In this document: piece after piece, positions 47,514 through 58,176 of the stretch
Position numbering within the stretch: the first letter of the stretch is position 1
Layout of the letters: each line of letters opens with the position of its first letter
Origin: Nitrospirota bacterium
GTDB taxonomy: Bacteria > Nitrospirota > Thermodesulfovibrionia > Thermodesulfovibrionales > UBA9159
Assembly: GCA_963699545.1 (NCBI GenBank)
Contig: CAVOUE010000004.1
Location: 64,001-128,000 of the forward strand
Length of the DNA stretch: 64,000 nucleotides
Reading direction: 5' to 3'
The notes under the pieces: generated by a model
Databases searched by the model: none
Seen by the model: only the letters and a program-made list of their open reading frames with translations
Told to the model about the DNA's origin: nothing
Position numbers and translations under genes: made by a program

Positions 47514-50500
47514 ATGCACCAACATTCCGATTACGTCCCGCTCCACCTCCACACGGAATACAGCCTCCTTGATGGATCCATCAAGATCGATGAACTGGTG
47601 GAACTCGCGTCCCGGTACAGGATGCCCGCCGTAGCAATGACCGATCACGGTAATCTCTTTGGAGCCATAGAGTTTTACAAGAAGGTCGCGAAGGCGGGGA
47701 TAAGGCCTATCATCGGCTGCGAGGTCTATGTGGCGCCGGGGAGCCGCTTCGAAAAGAAAAGCGAGGGCGCGTCGGAGAACATCATTTCATCTTATCCTTC
47801 TCGCTAGGGACAATCACGGATACCGGAATCTTGTGAGCCTCGTTTCGAAGGCCTATACAGAGGGGTTCTATTACAAACCCAGGATCGACAAGGACCTTCT
47901 TGGTCAATACAGCGGAGGACTCATTGCCCTTTCAGCCTGTCTGAAGGGGGAGGTCCCCTATTATTTGAGCAGGGATATGACGGAGAAGGCGCGGAAGAGC
48001 GCTTTGGAGTATAAGAATATACTCGGCCCGGAGAATTTCTATATTGAGGTCCAGGACAACGGCATGGAGGCACAGGAGAAGGCGAACCGGAAGCTTGTGG
48101 AACTCGCCAATGAGCTCCATATCGGCATGGTCGCGACCAACGACTGCCACTACCTGAGGAAGGAGGACGCCCGGGCCCATGATATTCTCCTCTGCATCCA
48201 GACAGGGAAAACAGTGAGCGATGTAAACAGGATGAGGTTCGAGACCAGTGAGTTCTATGTCAAGTCCGCGGAGGAGATGAAGCGGGCCTTTACCGAGATT
48301 CCTTCCGTGGTGCTGGCAACGCGACAGATCGCGGAGCGGTGCAATGTTGAATTCAACCTCGGGGCGAGCTTGTTGCCCATGTACAGGGTGGAGAACGGGA
48401 CGCCTGAGGCATATCTGAAAAGGTTAGCTACGGAAGGGCTGAAGGAGAGGTTCGGCGATAACCCTCCTGAAATGTACAGGGACAGGCTGAGGACCGAACT
48501 GGATATCATCAACAGAATGAACTATGCTTCCTATTTTCTCATAGTCTGGGATTTCATCGAGTATGCAAAGAAGAACAGCATTCCCGTGGGTCCGGGCAGG
48601 GGCTCTGCAGCCGGGAGCCTTGTCGCATACTGCCTCGGGATAACCGAGATCGACCCCCTGAAGTACAACCTGCTTTTCGAAAGGTTTCTGAACCCCGATA
48701 GGATAAGCATGCCTGATATTGATGTGGATTTCTGCAAGGACAGAAGGGGCGAAGTGATATCGTATGTCTCGAAGGAGTACGGTGACGATCGTGTCGCTCA
48801 GATAATTACCTTTGGAACCATGGCTGCGAAGGCGGCAATAAGGGATGTCGGGAGGTCTCTGGACATCCCCTACGCCGAGGTAGACAGGATAGCAAAACTG
48901 GTTCCGAACACCTTGAACATAAGCATTGACGAGGCCCTAAAAGTTGAACCACAACTTAAGGAAATATATGATAACAGCCCTAAAGTTAAGGAGATACTCG
49001 ATATAGCAAAGAAGCTTGAGGGGCTTTGCAGGCATGCTTCGACCCATGCCGCTGGAGTAGTGGTTTCTCCGGAACCCCTCACCGAGTATGCCCCGCTTTA
49101 CAAGAACCCTGCGGACGGCACCATCACTACGCAGTTCGATATGGGGTCGGTCGAGGCTATCGGACTCCTGAAATTCGACTTCCTCGGGCTTAAAACGCTT
49201 ACTGTTATCGAAAAGACTATCGGTTATATCAGGTCCGGTGGCGCTGAATTCTCTCTTCAGGCTATTGCCCTGGATGATGCTGAAACGTACCGTTTGCTGA
49301 GTTCGGGTCAGACAACGGGAGTGTTCCAGCTCGAAAGCGCGGGGATGAGGGATATCCTCGTGAGGATGCAGCCGAACCGTTTCGAAGACCTCATCGCCCT
49401 TGTTGCCCTTTATCGTCCCGGTCCTATGGCGTGGATCGATGAATTCATCAAGGCAAAGAAAGGCGAGGTAAAGATCTCCTACGAACTGCCTCAGCTCAAA
49501 GAGATTCTGGACGAGACCTATGGAATCATCCTGTACCAGGAACAAGTCATGATGATCGCCAACAAGATAGCGCATTTCTCCATGGGACAGGCCGATATTC
49601 TGCGACGGGCCATGGGAAAGAAGAAGGCCGAGGAGATGGAGGAGCAGAAGGATGATTTCGTAAAGGGGGCAGTGAGCCACGGGATACCTGAGAAGAAGGC
49701 CAGAAGGCTCTTCGAAAAAATGGAGCCGTTTGCCAGGTATGGTTTTAACAAGTCCCATTCCGCGGCCTACGCTTATATCGCTTACCAGACCGCCTATCTC
49801 AAGACCCACTTCCCCGTGGAGTTCATGGCGGCTACCCTGAGTTCCGATACTGACAACACGGACAAGATCGTAAAGTCCATTGCAGAATGCAGAAACATGT
49901 CCATCGGTATTTTGCCCCCGGATATCAACCAGAGCGGCAAAGAATTCAAGGTGAGCGGGAAAGCGATTCGTTTTGGTCTCGAGGCGGTCAAAGGAGTTGG
50001 CGGTGCTGCCATCGAGTCCATACTCGAGGTAAGGGAGCAGGACGGGCTTTTCACCTCCATGGAAGATTTTCTCCGGAGGGTGGACGGAAGGAAGGTGAAC
50101 AAGAAGGTTGTGGAGAGTCTCATCAAAGCGGGGGCCTTCGATTCCTTCGGCATGCTCAGGGCCACGGCACTGGCCCTGTTCAATAGGGCAGCAAGCGGCG
50201 ATTCCTGCATGGGTAGCCTCTTTGATCAGCAGGATATCTTTGGCGAAGGCGATGGTGAGGAAGAGACGGAGTGGGATGAGATGACGCTCCTCAGATTTGA
50301 GAAGGATGCCCTGGGCTTTTATATTACGGGTCATCCGTTGTCAGGGTACCGGGAAGCCCTTTCTGCACTGAAGATCAAGGGAATGTCCGAACTGGAGGAC
50401 AGCCCGGACAAGGGAGAGGTTCAGGTGGCAGGGGTGGTAAGTGCCATTAAGAAGATCAAGACCAAGGGCAAGGCGGAGAGCATGGCATACCTCACCCTTG

Positions 50501-50908
50501 AGGATGAAGAGGGAAGCGCAGAAGTCATTGTGTTCCCCGAACTCTATAGAACTATGGCGGATGTCCTGGTGAAGGAAAGCCTGGTGGCGGTGAAAGGGAT
50601 CGTTGATAAGACTGAGAAAGGGCTTAAGATCGTTTCCAGGGAAGTTATGAGACTTGAAGAACTGATTGCGCGGAACGGCGCACAAAAAATGGAAATAACG
50701 CTGCAGAAGAATTCGTTGCCTCCGGCACAGCTCAGGGCTCTCAAAGATCTGTTGTCGTCCTCCGCAGGGAGATGTTCTCCTTTACCTCAGGATAGAGGTG
50801 AACGGGTCCTGTGCGCTCATCGCCACGGGCCTCAGGGTGGAACCTTCCGGGACGCTGGTCGAAAAGATCGAGGGGCTCCTCGGAAAGGGTATGGTGAGGC
50901 TGGGGTGA
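47514..50908 (+). CDS. dnaE: DNA polymerase III alpha subunit; frameshifts near 47780 and 50780
   Basis: [42 protein letters not shown]; alternative frame ends [10 protein letters not shown]-stop at 50908. Confidence 0.95.
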
Positions 50909-51891
50909 GCTATTACCTGGAGTTCGAAAAACCCCTGGAGGAGCTGGAAACGAAGATCGATGAACTGAAGCGTCTGTCCGACGGGAAAGATATCGATATC
51001 ACCTCAGAGATAAAGAAGCTCGAAAAGAAGGCGAAAGAGCGCAGGGCGGAGATCTTTTCGAACCTCTCTCCATGGCAGAAGACAATGATCGCGCGACACC
51101 CCGACAGGCCGTACACCCTTGATTACATATCACTCATTGCCAGGGATTTCATCGAGCTACATGGCGACAGGAAATTTGCGGATGACCCATCGGTCGTCGG
51201 CGGATTCGGAAGGATAGAGGATGTCACCTTCATGATCATCGGGCACCAGAAGGGGAGGGGAACAAAAGAGAGGATCTACAGGAATTTCGGTCAGCCCCAT
51301 CCCGAAGGCTACCGAAAGACGCTCCGACTTATGAAACTCGCTGAGCGGTTCAGAAGGCCTGTCCTGACCTTCATTGACACGCCGGGCGCCTTCCCCGGCA
51401 TCGGTGCAGAAGAGAGGGGGCAGGCAGAGGCCATTGCCACGAACCTCATGGAGATGTCCAGGCTGAAGACCCCGATAATTTCGGTGGTCATCGGCGAGGG
51501 GGGAAGCGGTGGCGCGATAGCCCTGGGGGTCGCTGACCGGCTCTTCATGCTTGAACATTCCGTTTATTCGGTCATATCACCTGAGGGTTGTGCTGCCATC
51601 TTATGGAAGAAGAGCGGAGAGATCGGTCCCGATGAATTTGCGAAGGCTGCGGAAGCCCTCAGGCTCACGGCCCCGGAGCTTCTCAAGTTCAAGGTCATTG
51701 ATGAGGTGATTCCGGAGCCCCTTGGCGGCGCCCACAGGGATCCCGCCTTCACTGCGGAGAAGATCGCGGCAGCGGTCATGAAAGCCCTGGATGAAGTGAA
51801 GACAAAGACACCTTCAAAACTTGTGGATGAGAGATTCAAGAGATTGCGCAAAATCGGAATATACGAGGAAGGAGTATCTGGTCTCCAATGA
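50905..51891 (+). CDS. accA: Acetyl-CoA carboxylase carboxyltransferase alpha
   Basis: GTG start overlapping the dna[48 protein letters not shown]. Confidence 0.96.
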   Translation: MSYYLEFEKPLEELETKIDELKRLSDGKDIDITSEIKKLEKKAKERRAEIFSNLSPWQKTMIARHPDRPYTLDYISLIARDFIELHGDRKFADDPSVVGGFGRIEDVTFMIIGHQKGRGTKERIYRNFGQPHPEGYRKTLRLMKLAERFRRPVLTFIDTPGAFPGIGAEERGQAEAIATNLMEMSRLKTPIISVVIGEGGSGGAIALGVADRLFMLEHSVYSVISPEGCAAILWKKSGEIGPDEFAKAAEALRLTAPELLKFKVIDEVIPEPLGGAHRDPAFTAEKIAAAVMKALDEVKTKTPSKLVDERFKRLRKIGIYEEGVSGLQ

Positions 51892-52133
51892 AGAACACGC
51901 TGTTATTCATCGTCTTTGTCCTTGTGGTCCTCGGGCTTCTCTACGCCATATCAGGGAAGCGGGTACCCCCCCGCCTTATCCCGGGAGACAGTCGTCATGC
52001 CGGGATACACGACACGGCGGTCTGTACGGGCTGTCACGGGCCGGGAAAGGAAGCCCCGCTGAAGGCGAAGCATCCGCCCAAACAAGAATGCTTCAAATGT
52101 CACAAGATAGCTAAAGAGGGCAGGCCCGGGTAA
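51888..52133 (+). CDS. Small membrane-anchored diheme c-type cytochrome
   Basis: N-terminal TM; CTGCH and CFKCH, each preceded by a His. Confidence 0.8.
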   Translation: MKNTLLFIVFVLVVLGLLYAISGKRVPPRLIPGDSRHAGIHDTAVCTGCHGPGKEAPLKAKHPPKQECFKCHKIAKEGRPG

Positions 52134-52153
52134 TTTTCCGGGGAAAGGGGATT

Positions 52154-52618
52154 ATGCAGGCGGCAACCACGGCTTCCGTGGTCAAGTGTCTTCTCTGTGA
52201 GAAATCCTTAGAGACCCGGAGGTCCTTTGCGTGCGGCAGGTGCAAAAAATCACCGTTCTGTCTTGAACATCTGGATAGTGAGTACAGGGTATGTTCGGGG
52301 TGTGCCGCTGAGAAGAGGATCGAGCTTTACCACGCCATCATGATGCAGGGAAAAAGCGTAAAGGGATTCTTACGGTTCACCCAGTTCATGTTCATGCTTG
52401 CGGCAGTCTTCTTTGTCTTTGACAGGCTTGTCAATGAACACATCCCTGAATTTCTGAAGGGAAGTATTTTCTTTGATTACGTCTTTTACTGGGGAGGAGC
52501 AGCCGTGGCTGGTATGGCACTCTGTTATGTGATCATCCTTTCTCAAAGGCAGAAGATGAAAGAGGTTGAGGACAAGATCCACAGTCATAAGGTCCACTCC
52601 CGGTATTTGTTTCGCTGA
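52154..52618 (+). CDS. Cys-rich (zinc-finger-like) membrane protein
   Basis: CxxC, CxxC, CxxH, CxxC followed by two TM helices. Confidence 0.7.
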   Translation: MQAATTASVVKCLLCEKSLETRRSFACGRCKKSPFCLEHLDSEYRVCSGCAAEKRIELYHAIMMQGKSVKGFLRFTQFMFMLAAVFFVFDRLVNEHIPEFLKGSIFFDYVFYWGGAAVAGMALCYVIILSQRQKMKEVEDKIHSHKVHSRYLFR

Positions 52619-52663
52619 CGTTGCCTGCTTCTTCTCCCTGAAGAAAGAAACGGAGGAAGGCGA

Positions 52664-52921
52664 TTGAACATCGTTATTTACACGTCTCCCACATGAGCTG
52701 ATTGCCAGGCGCTGAAGGAGTTTCTTTCAGAAAGGGGAGTGGCTTTTGAAGTCAAGGATATCGCCGCTGATGAGGCGGCGAGAAAGGAACTGGTGGAGAA
52801 ATACTGGAGACTTGCGACTCCCGCTATCGTTATTGACGGGAAGGTATTTGTTGGCTTCAGGGACAACAGGGCAGCGATAGAGAAGCTGTTGTCAGAGAGG
52901 GCCGGGGAGTCGAAACAATGA
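52664..52921 (+). CDS. Glutaredoxin/NrdH-like selenoprotein (UxxC)
   Basis: GGAGGA RBS and TTG start; MNIVIYTSPT-TGA-ADCQALKEFL...TP....DG....GF; hairpin at 52712-52730. Confidence 0.85.
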
Positions 52922-53030
52922 CAGATGCAGTTTCATGTCTGGCGACTGAGGACCCGGCAAAAAAGAGGGGCATGAACCGTCGCAGCCCAAGCCCTTCTCT
53001 TCAATGCTTCTTCGGCGTATCCGGCTCGTG

Positions 53031-53201
53031 TCAGCTGTGGATCTTCTTTCTCCACGAATCAAGGTAGTCTTTTGTGACTCTTTTTACGCCGTGATCTTTC
53101 CGCGCATGTTCAGCGGCTTTTTTCAGCACTTCGTCGCTGGTTCTGCCGCGGACCTCGAAGTCACAGTTTACGCCTATATCTTTACATGATAACACTTTCA
53201 T
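53031..53201 (-). CDS. DUF1059 family small metal-binding protein (not in the ORF track)
   Basis: Manual translation MKVLSCKDIGVNCDFEVRGRTSDEVLKKAAEHARKDHG...; GGAGG RBS. Confidence 0.85.
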   Translation of the reverse strand: MKVLSCKDIGVNCDFEVRGRTSDEVLKKAAEHARKDHGVKRVTKDYLDSWRKKIHS

Positions 53202-53425
53202 TTCTTGCCTCCTTTTTCATTCCCCCTCACTTTCTTTCGGCACCGTGGCAAAGAACATCCACCCCCGGGGAAGAGAGATACCATAATATCCGGCCTGTCC
53301 GGTGAACCAATGGAGGGGGATACGTCGGGTGCACCGGACAGGAGTGCCGGAACCATAGAGACTGCCGGAAAAAGAAGGAAAACGGCTGCATCGATCAGGG
53401 AAAGAACCTTTTCCATCATCGTCAT
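53198..53425 (-). CDS. Small hypothetical protein
   Basis: AAGGAGG RBS; stop overlaps the DUF1059 gene start. Confidence 0.4.
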   Translation of the reverse strand: MTMMEKVLSLIDAAVFLLFPAVSMVPALLSGAPDVSPSIGSPDRPDIMVSLFPGGGCSLPRCRKKVRGNEKGGKK

Positions 53426-53928
53426 CCGCCCTCCTTTCTCCGTTTCTTCTCGCTCTATCTAAGACTTATTTTATCCTATTTAAACGGTTTCGCATATCAG
53501 CAACAGACTGATTTTATTGTAGGCGTTTGTCCTACGGGATGTTTATAAATTGAGATACAAGCCATTTCGGCGGACAACCGATCGGACAGTTGTCCGTCAT
53601 TCCAACGCGCCAGGAATCTTTCTTTGAGGCGGTGAAGCGCACCGTGCGAAAGCACAGCGAATTCCCGTTCCCCTCTCAGCCGGAGGTTGGCAGGATACAG
53701 GCATAGAGAAGGGCCACAGCAGCGTGCCCGTTCCCTATGCCGCGATACGAACTCAACGAAAGTTCAACAGGACCCTTTACACTTGCAGGTGGTCGCCATT
53801 TTTTTAGTGACCTTTCGTATCTTCATATATAATCATCACCCCCTTTTCATGCCTGAAGCAATCTGTCTCTCTGTTTTCAATATACCACAATCACAATCCA
53901 TGTCAAAAGGGAGAAGCCTGCTGTCTTG

Positions 53929-55353
53929 TCATCGGGGATTTAAGGCCATCAACCTCATTTCCGTCATCTCCTCGATGGCATATTTTATCCCTTCCCTGCC
54001 AAAGCCCGACATCTTCACGCCGCCATATGGCATGTGGTCCACACGGTAGGCAGGCACATCATTGATGATCACGCCGCCCACTTCGAGGTTCCCGAAGGCC
54101 GCGAAGGCATGTCTCAGGTTATTGGTGAACACTCCCGCCTGCAGGCCGTAGACGGAATCGTTGACAGATTTGAGACCGTCTTCAAAGGCGTTGATCTTTG
54201 TGATGGTCACCACCGGAGCGAACACTTCCATGCAACTCACCTTCATCCCGGGCGTTGTGTCGAGTACGACCGTCGGCTCATAAAAATTGCCGTTTCTTTT
54301 CCCGCCCGTGAGGACTTTTGCACCGGCGGCCATCGCCTCCCTCACCCATATCTCGACCCTCGCGAGATTGTCTTCGTCGATCATCGGACCCAAATGGTTC
54401 GAGGAGTCGAGGGGGTCGCCCATCTTCAACGCCTGAACCTTGGGAGCGAACATCCCGAGGAAATCATCATACACATCCTCATGGACGTAGATCCTCTGAA
54501 CCGATATGCAGACCTGGCCCGCGTAGGAGAAGGCGCCGCTCACACACCGTTGCACCGCGAATTCCAGGTCACAATCATTGTCTATGACTACCCCTGCGTT
54601 CCCTCCCAGTTCGAGGAGAACCTTCTTGTCATTTGCCAGTTTCTTGAGCTGCCACCCCACAGTGGCGCTCCCGGTGAAGCTCAGCACCTTGATCCTGTGG
54701 TCGGAGACCATGCCTTCGGCAATTTTCCCGGAGCACGGCAGTATGCTGACACCGCCCTCGGGAATGCCCGACTCCACCAGTATCTCGCCAAGCATCAAGG
54801 CACTGAGGGGAGTTTTTGACGCGGGCTTAAGAATGATGGGATTGCCTGCAGCAACGGCAGGGGCGATCTTGTGTACAACGAGGTTCAGGGGAAAATTGAA
54901 GGGCGTAATCCCCATGACCGGTCCGCAAGGAAAACGCCGTGTAATGCCCCATCTTCCTTCTGAAACAGGATTCCTGTCGAGGCTGATGAACTCCCCATTG
55001 ATGCGAGTTGCCTCTTCCGCCGCGATCCTGAAAGTGAGGGATGCCCTGTCCGTCTCACTTCTTGACTCGTTTATGGGCTTGCCGTTCTCGAGGGTAATAT
55101 TCCGCGCGATCTCTTCCCTTCGGGCCGAGATCTTTTCAGAGACCTTCTGGAGGATCTCCGCCTTCTGGTAAGAGGGAAGGCGCGCCATGGTCTCCCTTGC
55201 TCCCTCAGCCGCGTGCAAGGCCAGTTCCGCATGTTCGGAAGTCGCCCTGCAGACTTTCGCAACGGTCTGATTGTTGAACGGATTGATCACGTCCATAATA
55301 TCATCGCTCTCCCGCCACTGGCCGCCGATGAGCAAAGGGTACAAAGATTTCAT
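53929..55353 (-). CDS. Aldehyde dehydrogenase family protein
   Basis: ITPFNFP, FTGS, LELGGN, GQVCIS, EVFAP, PYGG.K.SG.GREG. Confidence 0.95.
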   Translation of the reverse strand: MKSLYPLLIGGQWRESDDIMDVINPFNNQTVAKVCRATSEHAELALHAAEGARETMARLPSYQKAEILQKVSEKISARREEIARNITLENGKPINESRSETDRASLTFRIAAEEATRINGEFISLDRNPVSEGRWGITRRFPCGPVMGITPFNFPLNLVVHKIAPAVAAGNPIILKPASKTPLSALMLGEILVESGIPEGGVSILPCSGKIAEGMVSDHRIKVLSFTGSATVGWQLKKLANDKKVLLELGGNAGVVIDNDCDLEFAVQRCVSGAFSYAGQVCISVQRIYVHEDVYDDFLGMFAPKVQALKMGDPLDSSNHLGPMIDEDNLARVEIWVREAMAAGAKVLTGGKRNGNFYEPTVVLDTTPGMKVSCMEVFAPVVTITKINAFEDGLKSVNDSVYGLQAGVFTNNLRHAFAAFGNLEVGGVIINDVPAYRVDHMPYGGVKMSGFGREGIKYAIEEMTEMRLMALNPR

Positions 55354-55467
55354 TACGCACCTCCTTCTTTCCTTTTAACAGAAAATGAAGGTGACTTCAA
55401 GCGGTGTATTTCAGGCCGGAGAGAAGTCGGGTTTTTTGATATAATCAAAAGAGGACGAAAGAAGAAA

Positions 55468-55562
55468 GTTCGAGGGAGCAGGGATTCAAGTGACTGAACC
55501 GATGATTCGCTGAGAGGTATGCCACTTGAACAATAGAACCCCCTGACCCTCGAATCCCTTGA
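55468..55562. repeat. Degenerate inverted octamer-repeat element
   Basis: TTCGAGGGAGCAGGGATTCAAGTG versus CACTTGAA...CCCTGACCCTCGAATCCCTTGA. Confidence 0.5.
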
Positions 55563-55577
55563 GAAGGAAAGGTATAC

Positions 55578-57985
55578 ATGATGAGGAAGATAGAATTGCC
55601 TGTAACCGGCATGACCTGTGCTGCCTGTGCTGCCGCAGTCGAGAATGATCTCCGCAAGATGGAGGGGATAAGCGGTGCAACGGTGAACTTTGCGTCCGAG
55701 AAGGCCACGGTGGAGATGGAAAAGTCTGTGGACCTGAACGCCATGATCGGGGCGGTAAAGGCCGGGGGATATGGCGTCCTGTCCAGCAGGGTGGACTTTG
55801 CGGTGCGGGGCATGACCTGTGCCGCATGCGTGGCTGCTGTGGAAAGCGCTCTCAGGGATCTCTACGGGGTCCTTAGGGTGACGGTAAACCTCGCCGCGGA
55901 GAGGGCGTCTGTGGAGTATATCTCCACCATCGTTGACTTCAATGATATCAAAAGAACCGTGAAGGATGCGGGATACGTCGCAGAACAGATAACCGGGGAG
56001 TATGTCGACAGAGAGAAGGAACAGCGTGAGAAGGAATTTTATGACATCAGGAACAAGCTCATCATCAGCGCATCGTTGTCCGTTCTTATTTTCATCGGAA
56101 GCATGATCTCCATCCCCGTCCTTTCCCTGTGGTCGGTCCTGTTCGTGCTTGCGACGCCCGTCCAGCTCTGGGCCGGCATGAGGTTTCACAAGGCGGCATG
56201 GGCAGCCATAAAGCATAAGACAACGAACATGAATACCCTCATCAGTGTAGGGACCTTTGCCGCATACCTCTACAGCGCCCTTGCTACCTTTGTCCCCGTG
56301 CTCTTTCTAAAAGGCGGCATCGCACCTGATGTCTATTACGACACATCAGCGACCATCATCACTCTCATTCTTCTGGGCAGGCTTCTGGAGGCAAAGGCAA
56401 AGGGAAGGACGTCCGAGGCGATCAAGAGGCTCATGAAGCTCCAGCCCAGGACGGCAAGGGTCCTCAGGGGCAGTGAAGAAAAAGAGATCCTCATAGAAGA
56501 GGTGACGGTGGGAGACATCGTGGTGCTGAGGCCGGGAGAACGGATACCGGTGGACGGCGAAATACTCGAGGGGTATTCCACGGTGGATGAATCCATGCTC
56601 ACCGGGGAGAGTCTCCCCATGGAGAAATCTGCGGGGGACAGGATCTTCGGGGGGACCATTAATAAGGTGGGGAGCTTCAAACTCCGTGCCTTGAGGATCG
56701 GGAAAGAGACTGCCCTTGGGCAGATCATAAGGCTTGTTGAAGAAGCCCAGGGAAGCAAGGCCCCGATCCAGCGGCTCGCGGACAAGGTGGCATCCATATT
56801 TGTGCCCGTGGTGATATCCCTGGCGGGAATCACCTTCATCACCTGGTATCTTCTGGGTCCAAAACCTTCCTTTACCATCAGTCTTATGAATTTCATCGCA
56901 GTTCTTATTATCGCCTGTCCCTGTTCCCTTGGCCTTGCGACACCTACTGCGATCATGGTGGGTACAGGGAAAGGGGCTGAGAAGGGGATACTGATACGGG
57001 ATGCAGGGGCCCTTGAACTCTCCCACAGGATACAGGCCATCGTCCTGGACAAGACCGGTACTATCACCAGGGGGGAGCCCGAGGTGGTGGAGATCATCGC
57101 GGGTAACGGTTTTTCTGCGAATGAGGTTTTACGGTATGCCGCATCCGCGGAAAGGACATCCGAGCATCCCCTCGGGCAGGCCATCGTCAGAAAGGCCGCT
57201 GAACAGGGGGTAGCGTGTGAAGAGCCGGGGGAGTTCACGGCGATACCCGGTGGCGGCGTCAGGGCCCTGGTGAACGGCTCACGAGTATTCATCGGGAATC
57301 TCGCGCTTATGGAAAGGGAGGGGATTGATGTCTCTTCCATGAAGAGTTTTGAGGAACTATATCCTCAGAGGGCAGGACACCAGTGTTTGTGGCCGTCGAC
57401 AACACAGTGGGTGCGATCTTTGCCATCGCGGACACCATAAAGGAGGGTTCTGCGGATGCGGTGAGGGAGTTAAAAGAAATGGGCATCGAGGTCTCGATGC
57501 TGACCGGCGACCATAAGAACACCGCTGAAGCCATTGCGAAGATCGTGGGAGTTGACAGAGTCTTTGCCGAGGTCTTCCCAGAGCAGAAGGTGGAGGTGGT
57601 GAAGGCGCTGAAGAAAGAGGGAAAGATAACGGCCATGGTTGGGGACGGAATAAATGATGCCCCCGCCCTCGCAGAGGCGGATGTGGGCATAGCCATAGGG
57701 ACCGGGACCGACATCGCAATTGAAGCATCGGACATAACCCTGATCAAAGGAGACCTCAGGAGCGTTGTTGAAGCGATAAGGCTGAGCAGGCTGACATTGC
57801 GGACCATCAAGCAGAACCTCTTCTGGGCGTTCTTCTACAATGTGGTCGGGATCCCGGTCGCAGCGGGTGTGCTCTATCCCTTTGGAGGGCCGCTCCTGAA
57901 CCCTATGATAGCCTCGGCAGCCATGGCCTTCAGTTCGGTGTCGGTGGTGAGCAATTCGCTGAGGTTGAGGAGGAAGAAGCTGTGA
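55578..57985 (+). CDS. copA: Copper-translocating P1B-type ATPase; frameshift near 57360
   Basis: Two GMTCAAC motifs, [31 protein letters not shown]. Confidence 0.95.
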
Positions 57986-58176
57986 AAATCGACGGAAGAG
58001 ATAGGAAAGACTGTCTCAAAATCTTTATAATCGACTGATATTGAAATGGCAAATGTTATTGCCTTAATGTTTGCAGGATCATCGTTTTGTCCTAAGAGTT
58101 TTTTTTATAAGGTGTCGTATAAAGATTTCTCGTCAGCCTTTCCTATCAATAAAGCATCATTGGAGGTGATTTTCTG

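Noticed and set aside
47728-51891. Apparent 1387-aa DnaE-AccA fusion
   Set aside because: A frameshift near 50780 moves dnaE into the accA frame. The alternative frame gives a normal DnaE C-terminus with TGA at 50906-50908 overlapping the accA GTG.
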